A stretch of 64,000 bases of DNA from Acidimicrobiales bacterium (GTDB lineage: Bacteria > Actinomycetota > Acidimicrobiia > Acidimicrobiales > JAVJTC01): assembly GCA_040219085.1 (NCBI GenBank), contig JAVJTC010000009.1, positions 164,539-228,538 on the forward strand, given 5' to 3'. The notes beneath the pieces are model-generated. The model was not told the DNA's origin and ran no database searches. It worked only from the letters and a program-made list of their open reading frames with translations. This document shows positions 18,244 through 27,603 of the stretch, one piece after another. The position numbers were made by a program, and so were the translations under genes. The stretch's first letter is position 1. Each line of letters opens with the position of its first letter.

Positions 18244-19251
18244 TCAGGCCCAGACATTCGCCAGGATCTCCCCGCGCTCGGGCATCGGTGAGTCGAGTAC
18301 CTCCACGGCGATCTGGTCGATCGCTTCGGAGTACCCGGCCTCGAGTTCCTCGAGAGCTGAGTCGGCGAGGACACCGTCGGAAACGAGGGCGTCGGCGAGC
18401 AGGCGGATCGGGTCACGCTGCTTCCACCTCTCCAACTCACCCTCGGGCCGGTAGAGACCCTGATCGGAGCGGGAATGGCCGGCGTAGCGGTAGGTCTTCA
18501 TCTCGAGGAGCGTCGGGCCGCCTCCCGACCGTGCCCGCTCGAGGGCACGGTCCATGGAATCGATGACGGCACCGACGTCCTGGCCGTCGACCACCTCGCC
18601 CGGGATGGCGTAGGACGCCGCCCGTTCCGCGAGGTCGTCGATCGGGGTGGTCAGGCGCTGGGGCGAGTACTCGCCGTAGAGGTTGTTCTCGATCACGAAC
18701 ACGCAGGGGACCTTCCACACCCCTGCAAGGTTCAGACCCTCGTGGAAGGCGCCGATGTTGGCGGCCCCGTCCCCGAACACGGCGATCCCCACGTCATCGG
18801 TGCCCTGGATCTGTGCTGCCAGTCCGACCCCCACCGCGACGGGGATGCCGCCGCCGATGATGGCGAACGTCGGCAGGAGGCCGACGTCGGGCGAACTGAG
18901 GTGCATGGAACCGCCCACGCCTCCCGTCGTGCCGACGACCCGTCCGGCGATCTCGCCGAGCACCGAACGCGGTGTGGCGCCGAGCGCGAGCGCGTGCCCG
19001 TGGCCGCGATAGGTGCAGGCGACCCCGTCACCGGGACGTGCCGCCACGGCGATGCCGATGGCGACGGCCTCCTGGCCCTGACACGTGTGGGTCGAGCCCG
19101 AGACGTGGCCGTCCCGGAACATCTGCAGTGTCCGTTCCTCGACGGCGCGGATCTCGAGCATCCGCCGCAGCCACTGGAGCCGGTCACGACCTCGCAGCAG
19201 TTCCCTCCGCTCGGCCGGGGTCGCCTCGGCCGTTCCGGTGATCTCGCTCAT
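18244..19251 (-). CDS. TPP-dependent 2-oxoacid/acetoin dehydrogenase E1 alpha subunit
   Basis: TPP motif GDGAANIGAFHEGLNLAGVWKVPCVFVIENNLYG. The ATG at 19251 overlaps the E1 beta stop as ATGA. Confidence 0.9.
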   Translation of the reverse strand: MSEITGTAEATPAERRELLRGRDRLQWLRRMLEIRAVEERTLQMFRDGHVSGSTHTCQGQEAVAIGIAVAARPGDGVACTYRGHGHALALGATPRSVLGEIAGRVVGTTGGVGGSMHLSSPDVGLLPTFAIIGGGIPVAVGVGLAAQIQGTDDVGIAVFGDGAANIGAFHEGLNLAGVWKVPCVFVIENNLYGEYSPQRLTTPIDDLAERAASYAIPGEVVDGQDVGAVIDSMDRALERARSGGGPTLLEMKTYRYAGHSRSDQGLYRPEGELERWKQRDPIRLLADALVSDGVLADSALEELEAGYSEAIDQIAVEVLDSPMPERGEILANVWA

Positions 19252-20252
19252 GCCGTGACCTCCCACCATGCCGGCACCGGTTCACCGGTGGCGACCAACG
19301 AATCGATCTGCGCCCGGACCGCCGCGGCGTCGGGCAGGTACTCCTTCTCGAGGTGGCTCCCGTACGGGACGGGTGCGTCCGGGGCGGTGACCCGCACCGG
19401 TGGTGCGACGAGATCACCGTGGCAGTGGGTGGCGACGTCGGCGACGATGTCGGCCCCCCAGCCGCCGGTCCGCGGCGTCTCCTCGACGACCACGAGACGA
19501 CCGGTCTTTCGCACCGATGCCCGCACGGCCGTGGCGTCCCACGGATACAGCGTCAACAGGTCGATGACCTCAGCGGACCAGTCCGCGCCCTCGACGGCCT
19601 CACGGACGGTCGTCACCGTCGTACCCAACCCGACGACCGTGACGTCCTCGCCGGGCTGAACCATCTCGACGGAGCCGAGCGTCACACCCGTGTCGGCCGG
19701 ATCGAACTGTTCACGCGTGCCGTAGAGAACCCGCGGTTCGAGGACGACGACCGGGTCGTCGTCGCGGATGGCGGCGCGCACCAGGCCGTAGGCCGTGCGC
19801 GGTCCCGATGCAACGGCGACCTTCAACCCCGGCGTGGCAGCCATCCAGGTCTCACACGTCTGGGAGTGCTGGCAGCCGAATCCGGCACCGGCCCCTATCG
19901 AGGCCCGGACCGTGAGCGGAACGTGGAGTGTCCCTCCGGACATGTAGCGCATCTTGGCGGCCGTCGTCACGAGTTGGTCGAGCGCCACGCCGAGGAACTC
20001 GACGAACATGATCTCGACGATCGGGCGGACGCCCCGCATCGCGGCACCGACGCCGGCTCCCATGAATCCCATCTCCGAGATGGGCGTGTCGCGGACGCGG
20101 GTCGCTCCGAAACGCTCCAGCATTCCCTCGGAGGTCTTGAAGACGCCTTCGGCGGCGGCGACGTCCTCTCCCATCAGGATGACCGACTCGTCGGCTTCCA
20201 TCTCGGCGCTCATCGCGGCGGCGATGGCCTGGTTCATTCGTAGACGTTGCAC
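19248..20252 (-). CDS. 2-oxoacid/acetoin dehydrogenase E1 beta subunit (transketolase-like)
   Basis: DTPISEMGFMGAGVGAAMRGVRPIVEIMF pyrimidine-binding region plus a C-terminal transketolase domain. The start is GTG 20252 or ATG 20237. Confidence 0.9.
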   Translation of the reverse strand: MQRLRMNQAIAAAMSAEMEADESVILMGEDVAAAEGVFKTSEGMLERFGATRVRDTPISEMGFMGAGVGAAMRGVRPIVEIMFVEFLGVALDQLVTTAAKMRYMSGGTLHVPLTVRASIGAGAGFGCQHSQTCETWMAATPGLKVAVASGPRTAYGLVRAAIRDDDPVVVLEPRVLYGTREQFDPADTGVTLGSVEMVQPGEDVTVVGLGTTVTTVREAVEGADWSAEVIDLLTLYPWDATAVRASVRKTGRLVVVEETPRTGGWGADIVADVATHCHGDLVAPPVRVTAPDAPVPYGSHLEKEYLPDAAAVRAQIDSLVATGEPVPAWWEVTA

Positions 20253-20297
20253 GTCTGAAGTCCTTTCTCGGCTGCGGATGAAGGGGTCGACGCGGGC

Positions 20298-21098
20298 CTA
20301 GTACATGAGCCAGCCGCCGGTCGCGTTGACGGTGGCGCCGGTGACGTAACGCGCCAGACCCGATGCCAGGTAGAGGACCGCGCCGACCATTTCGTCAGGC
20401 TCACCCATCCGCCCCATCGGGATGGGCGCGATCTGTGCCGCGAGCTGGTCCTCGGTGAGGCCACCGCGCATCATCGCAGTGTCGATCGCTCCGGGGGCGA
20501 TGCTGTTGACGGTGATCCGATCCGGGGCGAGCGTGCGCGCGAGGCCGCGGCTCATCGAGACGATCCCGCCCTTCGACGCGCAGTAGACGACCGACCCGCC
20601 GAAGCCGCCGGTCCACCAGCCCTGCGAGGTGAAGTTGACGATGCTGCCGCCGTTGCCCTGGCTCCGCATCTGGCGGGCGACGGCCCGATTCAGGAAGAAG
20701 GCGGCCTTGAGGTTGGTGTCCAACTGGACGTCCCAGTCCTCTTCGGTGACGTCATCGATCGAGTCCCGGCGACGCAGGACCGCGGCGAGATGGACGAGGG
20801 TGTCGAGACGGCCGAAGCGGTCCACGGCGCTCTGGACGAGCCCGTCGTGGCTACCGAGATCGGCGAGGTCGACCCCGGCTGCGAGATGGTGCGACGGGTC
20901 CCGCAGACCCGCGACCACCTCGTCGCAGCGACTCTGGTCCAGGTCGGCGACGACCACGTGCGCGCCGAGCGCGGCGAAACCCTCGACGACGGCGCTTCCG
21001 ATTCCACCCGTCGCGCCCGTGACGAGGACACCGGTGCCATCGATGCTCGACCTCAGGTCCCAACGCGACGGGGCGCGGACCGTGCCCCCTTCGGTCAT
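20298..21098 (-). CDS. SDR oxidoreductase
   Basis: VLVTGATGGIGSA and YCASKGG motifs. The ATG at 21098 overlaps the upstream stop as ATGA. The 125-aa N-terminal extension in the track ORF is Arg/Gly-rich and lies inside the upstream gene. Confidence 0.88.
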   Translation of the reverse strand: MTEGGTVRAPSRWDLRSSIDGTGVLVTGATGGIGSAVVEGFAALGAHVVVADLDQSRCDEVVAGLRDPSHHLAAGVDLADLGSHDGLVQSAVDRFGRLDTLVHLAAVLRRRDSIDDVTEEDWDVQLDTNLKAAFFLNRAVARQMRSQGNGGSIVNFTSQGWWTGGFGGSVVYCASKGGIVSMSRGLARTLAPDRITVNSIAPGAIDTAMMRGGLTEDQLAAQIAPIPMGRMGEPDEMVGAVLYLASGLARYVTGATVNATGGWLMY

Positions 21099-22234
21099 CC
21101 GAGGACCTTCTCGCTGCGGTAGCGGTCCACGACCTCCTCGCGGATCGAGATTCCCAGCCCGGGTGCGTCCACGGGCGGGTACACCCATCCGTCGCGATGG
21201 GCGAAGGGGACCTCGACCAACTCGTGCTGCATCGGGTTCTCGAGTGGCTTGAACTCGAAGAGCTTGCACGCGCTGCTGGAGAAGGAAATGGCCAGACTCG
21301 CCGCGCTGCAGATCGCCGAGGACCAGGCGTGCGCGTTCGCCTGCCGCCGGTAGACCTCGACCCGCTCGGTGACCTTCTTGAATCCGGTGATGCCCTCGGC
21401 CTTGCCGGGGTCCACGCCGACCACGTCGCAGGTACCCGTGGCGAGGACGGCCTCGAATCCGTCGAGCGTCCACTCACGCTCCCCGTAGGCGATCAGCGTC
21501 TTCGTCTTCGCCCGGAGGGTGGCGTATCCCTCGGGATCCCAGGCACCGAGCGGTTCCTCGATCCAGTCGATGTCGTACTCGTCGAAGGCCTGGACGCGCT
21601 TGACCGCGGTCGCCACGTCCCACTTGACTCGCACACCCAGGTCGATCATCAGCATCTTGTCGGGGCCGATGGTCTCGCGCATCGTCTTGACGTACTCGAC
21701 ATCGCGGTCATGGTCGAAGCCGAGGTTGGCGTCGCCACGCTTACCGAAGCCCACCTTCATCCCCTGAAGGCCGGTCGACAGCCACTCGGTCGCCTCCTCG
21801 GCCATGGCCGGGATGGACGCATGGTGGGCGTGCGACGAGGCGATGGCCGGAAGGCGTTCGTGGACGGGGCCGCCGAGCAGTTCACACACGCTCACACCGA
21901 GGGCCTGACCCTTGAGATCCCACAACGCCATGTCGATGGCGGCGATCGCATAGGAGGCGATTCCGCCGCGGTACCCGTACCACCACGACCGCTCCTTGAG
22001 TGACCGCCAGATCTCGTCGTTGCGGACGGGATCCTTGCCGACGACGTCCTCTGCCATGCCTTCGATGATCGCCTTGGTGGCGAAGTTGGCCTCGGTGAAC
22101 TGGGTGATGGACTCGCCCCACCCGACGGCCCCGTCATCGGTCGTGATCTTCGCCAGACAGAGGTGTCGTAGAGCGTTGAAGTCGTTCGGCTCCGGATAGG
22201 AGACCGGGATGGCCTCGACCTTGGCGATTCTCAC
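21095..22234 (-). CDS. Enolase-superfamily enzyme (MR/MLE family, probable acid-sugar dehydratase or cycloisomerase)
   Basis: MRIAKVEAIPVSYP... capping domain, MIDLGVRVKWD and WIEEPL motifs. Confidence 0.85.
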   Translation of the reverse strand: MRIAKVEAIPVSYPEPNDFNALRHLCLAKITTDDGAVGWGESITQFTEANFATKAIIEGMAEDVVGKDPVRNDEIWRSLKERSWWYGYRGGIASYAIAAIDMALWDLKGQALGVSVCELLGGPVHERLPAIASSHAHHASIPAMAEEATEWLSTGLQGMKVGFGKRGDANLGFDHDRDVEYVKTMRETIGPDKMLMIDLGVRVKWDVATAVKRVQAFDEYDIDWIEEPLGAWDPEGYATLRAKTKTLIAYGEREWTLDGFEAVLATGTCDVVGVDPGKAEGITGFKKVTERVEVYRRQANAHAWSSAICSAASLAISFSSSACKLFEFKPLENPMQHELVEVPFAHRDGWVYPPVDAPGLGISIREEVVDRYRSEKVLG

Positions 22235-22281
22235 TGTCGGATCCTCCGTTGTCGATATGGCTGGTCGTTGTGTCGATGTGG

Positions 22282-23784
22282 CTACTCGTACTGGTGTTCG
22301 CGACCGGCGAGTTCCACCGCCAGGTCCTTCACGTCGGCGAAGTCGCTGACCGCTATGGCCGGCGAGACATGGCCCTTGGATACGACGTGGACGACGTCGG
22401 CCGCCTCGAAGACCTCTACGTCCTCCGTGCAGAACATGGCGACGGCGTTGCCCTGCGCGGCGTACTCGTGGAGCTGCGCGTAGATCTCACCCTTGCTGGC
22501 GATGTCGACCCCGCGTGTCGGTTCCTCGAGGACGAGGAGGCGAGGCTTGGTCATCATCGCCGAGCCGATGGCGACCTTCTGCTGGTTGCCACCGCTGAGG
22601 TCGCCGATGGGTTGACGCACGCTCGCCGCCTTGACCAGCAGTTCTGTCCGGCCGGTCTCCGCGAGGCGGCGCGCCGCCCTGCGGTTCAGGAAGCCGAGTG
22701 GGCCGGCTAGCTGGTCGCCGAGACGCACCACCAGGTTCTCACCGACGCTGAGATTGCCGAACAGGGAATCCTGGCGGTTGGCTGCGACGAAGGCGGCGTT
22801 GGCGAGGCCGCCCCGCTCATCGGTGTCACCGACGGCCACGTCTCCGCGGGCGGGCGCGATCCCGGCGAGGGACTGCACGAGGGCGCGACCACCCGAACCC
22901 TCGACACCCACGAAGGCCGTGACCTGACCGGCCGGCAGAACGACCTCGACACCGTCGACCGGGGAACCCTTCACGGACCAGTCCCGCAGGTGCAGGACGA
23001 TGTCTTCGCTCGAGACCCGTGACGCCGCATCGGAGCGTCGCTGGTCCGTCGAGGACGTGTCCACCCCCACGACGAGTTCCTCGGCGATGCGCTCCTTCGT
23101 CTTGTCAGGCCCCGCCAGGCGGGCCGAGACCTTTCCGTCGACGATCACGATCACCCGGTCGGCGTTGTCAGCGAGCTCCGAGAGACGGTGCGAGACGAGC
23201 ATGACGACGTGGCCGTTGTCAGCCAGCAGCCGTACCCGCCGGAACAACTCGTCGGACTCCTCCTCGGTCAGCGCCGAGTTGGGTTCGTCGAAGAGGACGA
23301 CCCTGGCGTCGTGGATGAGCGCGCGGGCGATCTCGGTCTTCTGTTGCACCGCGAGCGGCGTCAGCCCCAGCTGGTCGCGTGCGTGTTCGGCTATCTGCAG
23401 ATCCGCTAGTAGATCGAGCTCCACCCGGCCGGGTCGGCGCATGAGGACCTGGGAGTCCTCACGGCCGACGAGCAGGTTCTGGGCGACGGTCAGGTTGGGG
23501 AACAGCTCGGGTTCCTGGTGGACGACGGCGATCGTGCGCGCACCCAGAGCGGGAGTCCAGGGCGCACCGTCGATGAACACCTCACCCTCGTCGGGAACGA
23601 CCTCGCCGGCGAGGATCTTGATGAGCGTGCTCTTGCCGGCACCGTTGGGTCCCGCGATGCCGAGGACCTCCCCGGGCGACGCGGCCAGGTCGAGCCCGCC
23701 CAGAGCGACCGTCTCGCCATAGGTCTTGCGCAGACCCGAGACGCGGATTCCGGTCCGGGTCGACACGTCGGCTTCGGTGGCCAC
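22282..23784 (-). CDS. Sugar ABC transporter ATP-binding protein (duplicated ATPase)
   Basis: Walker A GPNGAGKST, signature LSGGNQQKV and Walker B VLFDEP/LVLEEP. Confidence 0.92.
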   Translation of the reverse strand: MATEADVSTRTGIRVSGLRKTYGETVALGGLDLAASPGEVLGIAGPNGAGKSTLIKILAGEVVPDEGEVFIDGAPWTPALGARTIAVVHQEPELFPNLTVAQNLLVGREDSQVLMRRPGRVELDLLADLQIAEHARDQLGLTPLAVQQKTEIARALIHDARVVLFDEPNSALTEEESDELFRRVRLLADNGHVVMLVSHRLSELADNADRVIVIVDGKVSARLAGPDKTKERIAEELVVGVDTSSTDQRRSDAASRVSSEDIVLHLRDWSVKGSPVDGVEVVLPAGQVTAFVGVEGSGGRALVQSLAGIAPARGDVAVGDTDERGGLANAAFVAANRQDSLFGNLSVGENLVVRLGDQLAGPLGFLNRRAARRLAETGRTELLVKAASVRQPIGDLSGGNQQKVAIGSAMMTKPRLLVLEEPTRGVDIASKGEIYAQLHEYAAQGNAVAMFCTEDVEVFEAADVVHVVSKGHVSPAIAVSDFADVKDLAVELAGREHQYE

Positions 23785-23787
23785 CGC

Positions 23788-24936
23788 TCAGGCGAGCCGT
23801 CGGGTGAACTGGTCGAGGGCGACCGCGGCGATGGTCACCGAGCCCAGGACCATCTGCTGGAGGAATGCGCCGGCCGCGATGAGCGCGAGTCCGTTGGAGA
23901 TGACCGCGAGCAACAATGCGCCACTCAGCGTTCCGATCACCGTGCCGCGACCGCCGTTGAGGCTGGCCCCACCGATGATGACGGCCGCGAAGGCCGGGAA
24001 GAGCAGCGAACCGCCCGCATCGGGCTGGATGGAGCCGATGAAAGCGAAGTCCAGCATGGAGGCCAACGCCGCGGTCAGCCCGACGATGACGAACGCCAGG
24101 ATCTTGTACCGCTTCACCGGCAGCTTCGCGTAGCGGGCCGCCTCTTCGTTGCCGCCGATGGCCTTGAGGCGGAAGCCGAAGACCGAGAACGAGATGATGA
24201 AGCCGAACAGGAGTGCCGCCCCGACCATCCACAGGACCTGCATGGGGATGTCCCAGGGGAGGTCCTGGTTGGACAGACCTCGGAAGAAGCTGTTCTCCCC
24301 GGAGGGAATGTCCTTGCCCGATGGCGGATTGGCCGGTGAGTACCGCTGCGAGTCGCTCACGTACAAGGTGAAACCGAAAACGAGGATGCTCGAGCCGAGT
24401 GTGGCGATGAACGACGGGATCCCCGCGTAGGCGACGAGTATCCCGTTGAACAGGCCCACCACGATGGCGATGAGAAAGCCGAAGCCGATGGCGGCATAGA
24501 CCGGCCAACCCCACTCGATCCACGACACCGCCATCACCATCGCCGACAGGCCGTACAGGTTGGCGAACGAGAGGTCTATCTCTCCGACGACGAGGACGAC
24601 CGTCAGGCCGACGCCGACGATGGCCAGCGTCGACATGAACCGCAGCATTCCCAGCAGGTTGGCCAGGATGAAAAACCGGCCGTCGGATTCCCAGGCGAAC
24701 ACGCCCATGAGGATCGCGACGGCGATCAGCAGACCGGCGACCCGTGCCACCCCGAGCGCGGCCTCCGCGAGGCGCTGCCGGAAGGTCCGGTCCCGGGCGA
24801 TCTCCGCCCGGGACCCGACCTCGGAGGGGGACTCCGTTCCGTCCCCGTTCACAGGGGCGGACATGGCTTGGTCGTCACCGGCGGGGCGACTCTGCGCCCC
24901 ACCGGTCGTTCGACCACCGGTGACATCAGACTCCAT
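23788..24936 (-). CDS. Sugar ABC transporter permease
   Basis: A polytopic membrane protein with IIGGASLNGGRGTVIGTLSG. The ATG at 24936 (MESDV...) is chosen because the longer track ORF overlaps the upstream SBP gene with Arg-rich sequence. Confidence 0.85.
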   Translation of the reverse strand: MESDVTGGRTTGGAQSRPAGDDQAMSAPVNGDGTESPSEVGSRAEIARDRTFRQRLAEAALGVARVAGLLIAVAILMGVFAWESDGRFFILANLLGMLRFMSTLAIVGVGLTVVLVVGEIDLSFANLYGLSAMVMAVSWIEWGWPVYAAIGFGFLIAIVVGLFNGILVAYAGIPSFIATLGSSILVFGFTLYVSDSQRYSPANPPSGKDIPSGENSFFRGLSNQDLPWDIPMQVLWMVGAALLFGFIISFSVFGFRLKAIGGNEEAARYAKLPVKRYKILAFVIVGLTAALASMLDFAFIGSIQPDAGGSLLFPAFAAVIIGGASLNGGRGTVIGTLSGALLLAVISNGLALIAAGAFLQQMVLGSVTIAAVALDQFTRRLA

Positions 24937-24950
24937 CGTCCGCCCGTCGC

Positions 24951-26210
24951 TCAGGAAACGCCGAGCTGCTCGAGCGAGGCCCGGGCCTCGTCGACGTTGG
25001 CCGCGGTGACCGGGCCGAGCTGCTGGGTGTTGGGCGGAACCTGGCCGGTGGCGAGGAAGACCGCGCAGGCGGGGGCACCGAAGCCGGCCTGCTCCGTCCA
25101 GCGCTGATCGAACGCTGCGACCTGGTCGCCGGCTTCGATGGCGTCGAGCTGACCGACCGACACGTTCCAACCCATCGTGAAGATCTCACCGGAGTTGTCC
25201 GAGTCCTGGATGGCCCGGGCTGCGTGCTCGGCGCCGATGTCGACGTTCAAGATGAAGTCGAGGTCCGGCTGCCCGTTGATCAGTGCCTGGTAGGCATCGA
25301 AGGTCTGGGCCGGATCGAACGTGACGTTCAGCGCGTTGTCCGCGGTGTTGAGGAAGGTCGCGTCGGGCATCGCCTCGGTGATGCCGTCCTCGAAGCCCTG
25401 CATCCGACCCTGGGCCCAGAAGGCACTCGGGTCGCCACCGGAGACGGTGAAGGTGTCCAACTCGTTGCCGGTCTCGTCCATCCAGTCCAGCAGGACCTGG
25501 GCGGCCTGGCGGCCTTCTTCGAGCGGAATCTGGGTGAAGTTGGTCAACTCGTTGCCGTTGGAGGTGACACCCACCGTGAACACCGGGATGCCCTCGGACA
25601 TCGCCCGGTTGGTGATGTCGGTGAAGGCGTTGGAGTCGGGCGGTTCGATGGTCAGACAGTCGATCTGGTTGGTGTTGAGCAGCGCCTCGATCTGGGAGAT
25701 CTGCTGCGGGATGTCGAGGTCGACCGCCGGAGCGATCGCCTGCGGGTTCATCGGCAGGATCGACTGCGCGGCTGGGATCGTCGCCTCGTAGCCGATGCGG
25801 TACTGCTCCGAGAACAGTGCGATCACGGTCGACTGGTACGAGAACACGTAGTTGATCTCGTCGCCGTTGGCGATCTTCTCGGCGATCCGGTCGTTCAACT
25901 CGAAGGTCGAACCGTCGGCCAGCGTCAGCGTGCCCGGTGCACCGTCGACCGGCTCGGCCTGGTCCACGGCATCTGCGACCTGTGAGTACCCGGCATCCCG
26001 CAACATGGCAGACGCCGCGGCGAGGTCCGGAGCGGCCCCACCGTCATCGGAGGAGCCGTCATCGGAGGAGCCGTCATCGGACGAACCACCGTCGTCGGAC
26101 GATGTCGAGCCGTCGTCGCCGGCCGACGTGTCGTCGTCGTCGCCGCACGCGGCTGCGACCATCGCCAGAGCAAGCAGGATCGCCAAAAGGCGCATCACGC
26201 GAAGTTTCAT
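24951..26210 (-). CDS. Sugar ABC substrate-binding lipoprotein with a Ser/Asp/Gly tether
   Basis: Signal peptide plus lipobox (VAAACGDDDD), an SDDG repeat linker and a periplasmic-binding fold. GGGGGAGA lies upstream of the ATG. Confidence 0.85.
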   Translation of the reverse strand: MKLRVMRLLAILLALAMVAAACGDDDDTSAGDDGSTSSDDGGSSDDGSSDDGSSDDGGAAPDLAAASAMLRDAGYSQVADAVDQAEPVDGAPGTLTLADGSTFELNDRIAEKIANGDEINYVFSYQSTVIALFSEQYRIGYEATIPAAQSILPMNPQAIAPAVDLDIPQQISQIEALLNTNQIDCLTIEPPDSNAFTDITNRAMSEGIPVFTVGVTSNGNELTNFTQIPLEEGRQAAQVLLDWMDETGNELDTFTVSGGDPSAFWAQGRMQGFEDGITEAMPDATFLNTADNALNVTFDPAQTFDAYQALINGQPDLDFILNVDIGAEHAARAIQDSDNSGEIFTMGWNVSVGQLDAIEAGDQVAAFDQRWTEQAGFGAPACAVFLATGQVPPNTQQLGPVTAANVDEARASLEQLGVS

Positions 26211-26270
26211 GAGTCTCCCCCGTCATCAATAATTCCGACGCCCAGACCATACGGGCCCCGCTCTGCAGTT

Positions 26271-26306
26271 GTCAACGGTTCCGGCAATGATTCCGGAACC
26301 GTTACC
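26271..26306. promoter_or_regulatory. Three tandem boxes, GTCAACGGTTCC, GGCAATGATTCC and GGAACCGTTACC. The outer arms form an 11-bp inverted repeat (AACGGTTCCGG-N8-CCGGAACCGTT).
   Basis: Read directly. It lies 61-96 nt upstream of the SBP ATG at 26210. Confidence 0.65.
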
Positions 26307-26337
26307 AACCGATCTCTCCGCAAGCTCCGCTCGGGAC

Positions 26338-26826
26338 TCAGCCCGCGTCCTGTGCGACCTCGGGTCGCGGCTGGAACAGCTCGATCGTGATCCCGTCGGG
26401 CTCGCGCAGATAGCAGGCTTTCGCACCCCGGTTCGGTCCTGCGCTGACCTCGACGGGTCCAGGGCTGACCGCCGTCGCCCCCGCTTCCATCGCCCGGTCC
26501 CACACGGCGTCGATGTCGCCCACGCGCAGACACAGGTGGACGTTGCCGGGATTGGCTGTCGACATGTCGTTCGGCTCCTTGTCGGCCACGCGGTAGTCGA
26601 GGATCTCGAGCCATGTCCCCCCGGGAAGCTCGATCATCGCGGCGTCGAGGTGCACGCCGGGGTAGCCGGTGACATCGCCGAGGTAGGGGCCGTCGAGCAC
26701 CTTCTCCCAGGCGGGCTCGACCCCGGCGAAGCGGCGCCAGAACTCGACCGTGCGGCTGACGTCGCGTACCGACATCCCGATGTGTTGCACCACGCCGATG
26801 TCGGCGACAACCTGATCGTTCACCAT
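26338..26826 (-). CDS. VOC-family (glyoxalase/dioxygenase fold) protein
   Basis: VQHIGMSVRDVSRTVEFW and HLCLRVGDID beta-alpha-beta-beta-beta modules. Confidence 0.85.
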   Translation of the reverse strand: MVNDQVVADIGVVQHIGMSVRDVSRTVEFWRRFAGVEPAWEKVLDGPYLGDVTGYPGVHLDAAMIELPGGTWLEILDYRVADKEPNDMSTANPGNVHLCLRVGDIDAVWDRAMEAGATAVSPGPVEVSAGPNRGAKACYLREPDGITIELFQPRPEVAQDAG

Positions 26827-27557
26827 GTGACGAGACCTCCCGTGTAGTTGATCGCCTGTCCGGTCATGTAGCCGGCCTCTTCTGAGAGCAGGAACCGGAT
26901 GAGTCCGGCGAGCTCAGCCGGCGAAGCCGCGCGCTTGAGCGGGACCGAACCGTCCCGGGCCGCGCTCAGCTCCTCGACGGTGAGGCCCCGCAACTCCGAG
27001 ACACGTTCGAGCACGGCGTCTTGCATCGGGGTGTCGATGATCCCGGGACACACTGCGTTGACCCTCACCGGGATCGACGCCAGGTCGTAGGCGAACGATC
27101 TCGTCAAGGACAGCACTGCCGTCTTGGATGCCGCGTAGAGCCCGGCCTCGGTGGTCGTGGCGAGCTTGGCCGACGAGGAGGAGAGGTTCACGATCGACCC
27201 GCCGGGCGGCATCGTCGGCCCGATCCCCTGACAGAGGAAGAAGACGGCCTCGACGTTGACCGTGAAGATGTCCCGGAAGTCGTCGACGTCGATGTCGGCG
27301 AGCCGCTTGAGCCGGATTATCCCGGCGCTGTTGACCAGGTACCGCGCGCCCTCGGCGGCCCGGATGACCTCGTCGCGGGACTCCGGGTCCGCGAGGTCAC
27401 AGACGAGTGCCGTCGCTCCCCTCTCGACGAGATCGGACATGCCGGCCTCGTCACGGTCGACGACGAGAACGTCGAGACCCTCGTCGATCAGCCGCGCAGC
27501 GATGCCCGCGCCGATGCCACTGGCCGCGCCGGTGACGACAGCTGTTCCCGGTGTCAT
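26820..27557 (-). CDS. SDR oxidoreductase
   Basis: AVVTGAASGIGAG and YAASKTA motifs. Confidence 0.88.
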   Translation of the reverse strand: MTPGTAVVTGAASGIGAGIAARLIDEGLDVLVVDRDEAGMSDLVERGATALVCDLADPESRDEVIRAAEGARYLVNSAGIIRLKRLADIDVDDFRDIFTVNVEAVFFLCQGIGPTMPPGGSIVNLSSSSAKLATTTEAGLYAASKTAVLSLTRSFAYDLASIPVRVNAVCPGIIDTPMQDAVLERVSELRGLTVEELSAARDGSVPLKRAASPAELAGLIRFLLSEEAGYMTGQAINYTGGLVTW

Positions 27558-27603
27558 GTCTCCCCCTCGATGGTCGGATTCCCCATGGTCACTGCGCGCA
27601 CTC

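Noticed and set aside
21099-21473. N-terminal extension of the SDR ORF 20298..21473
   Set aside because: The sequence is Arg/Gly-rich and lies inside the upstream enolase-family gene. The ATG at 21098 gives a normal-length SDR and an ATGA overlap.
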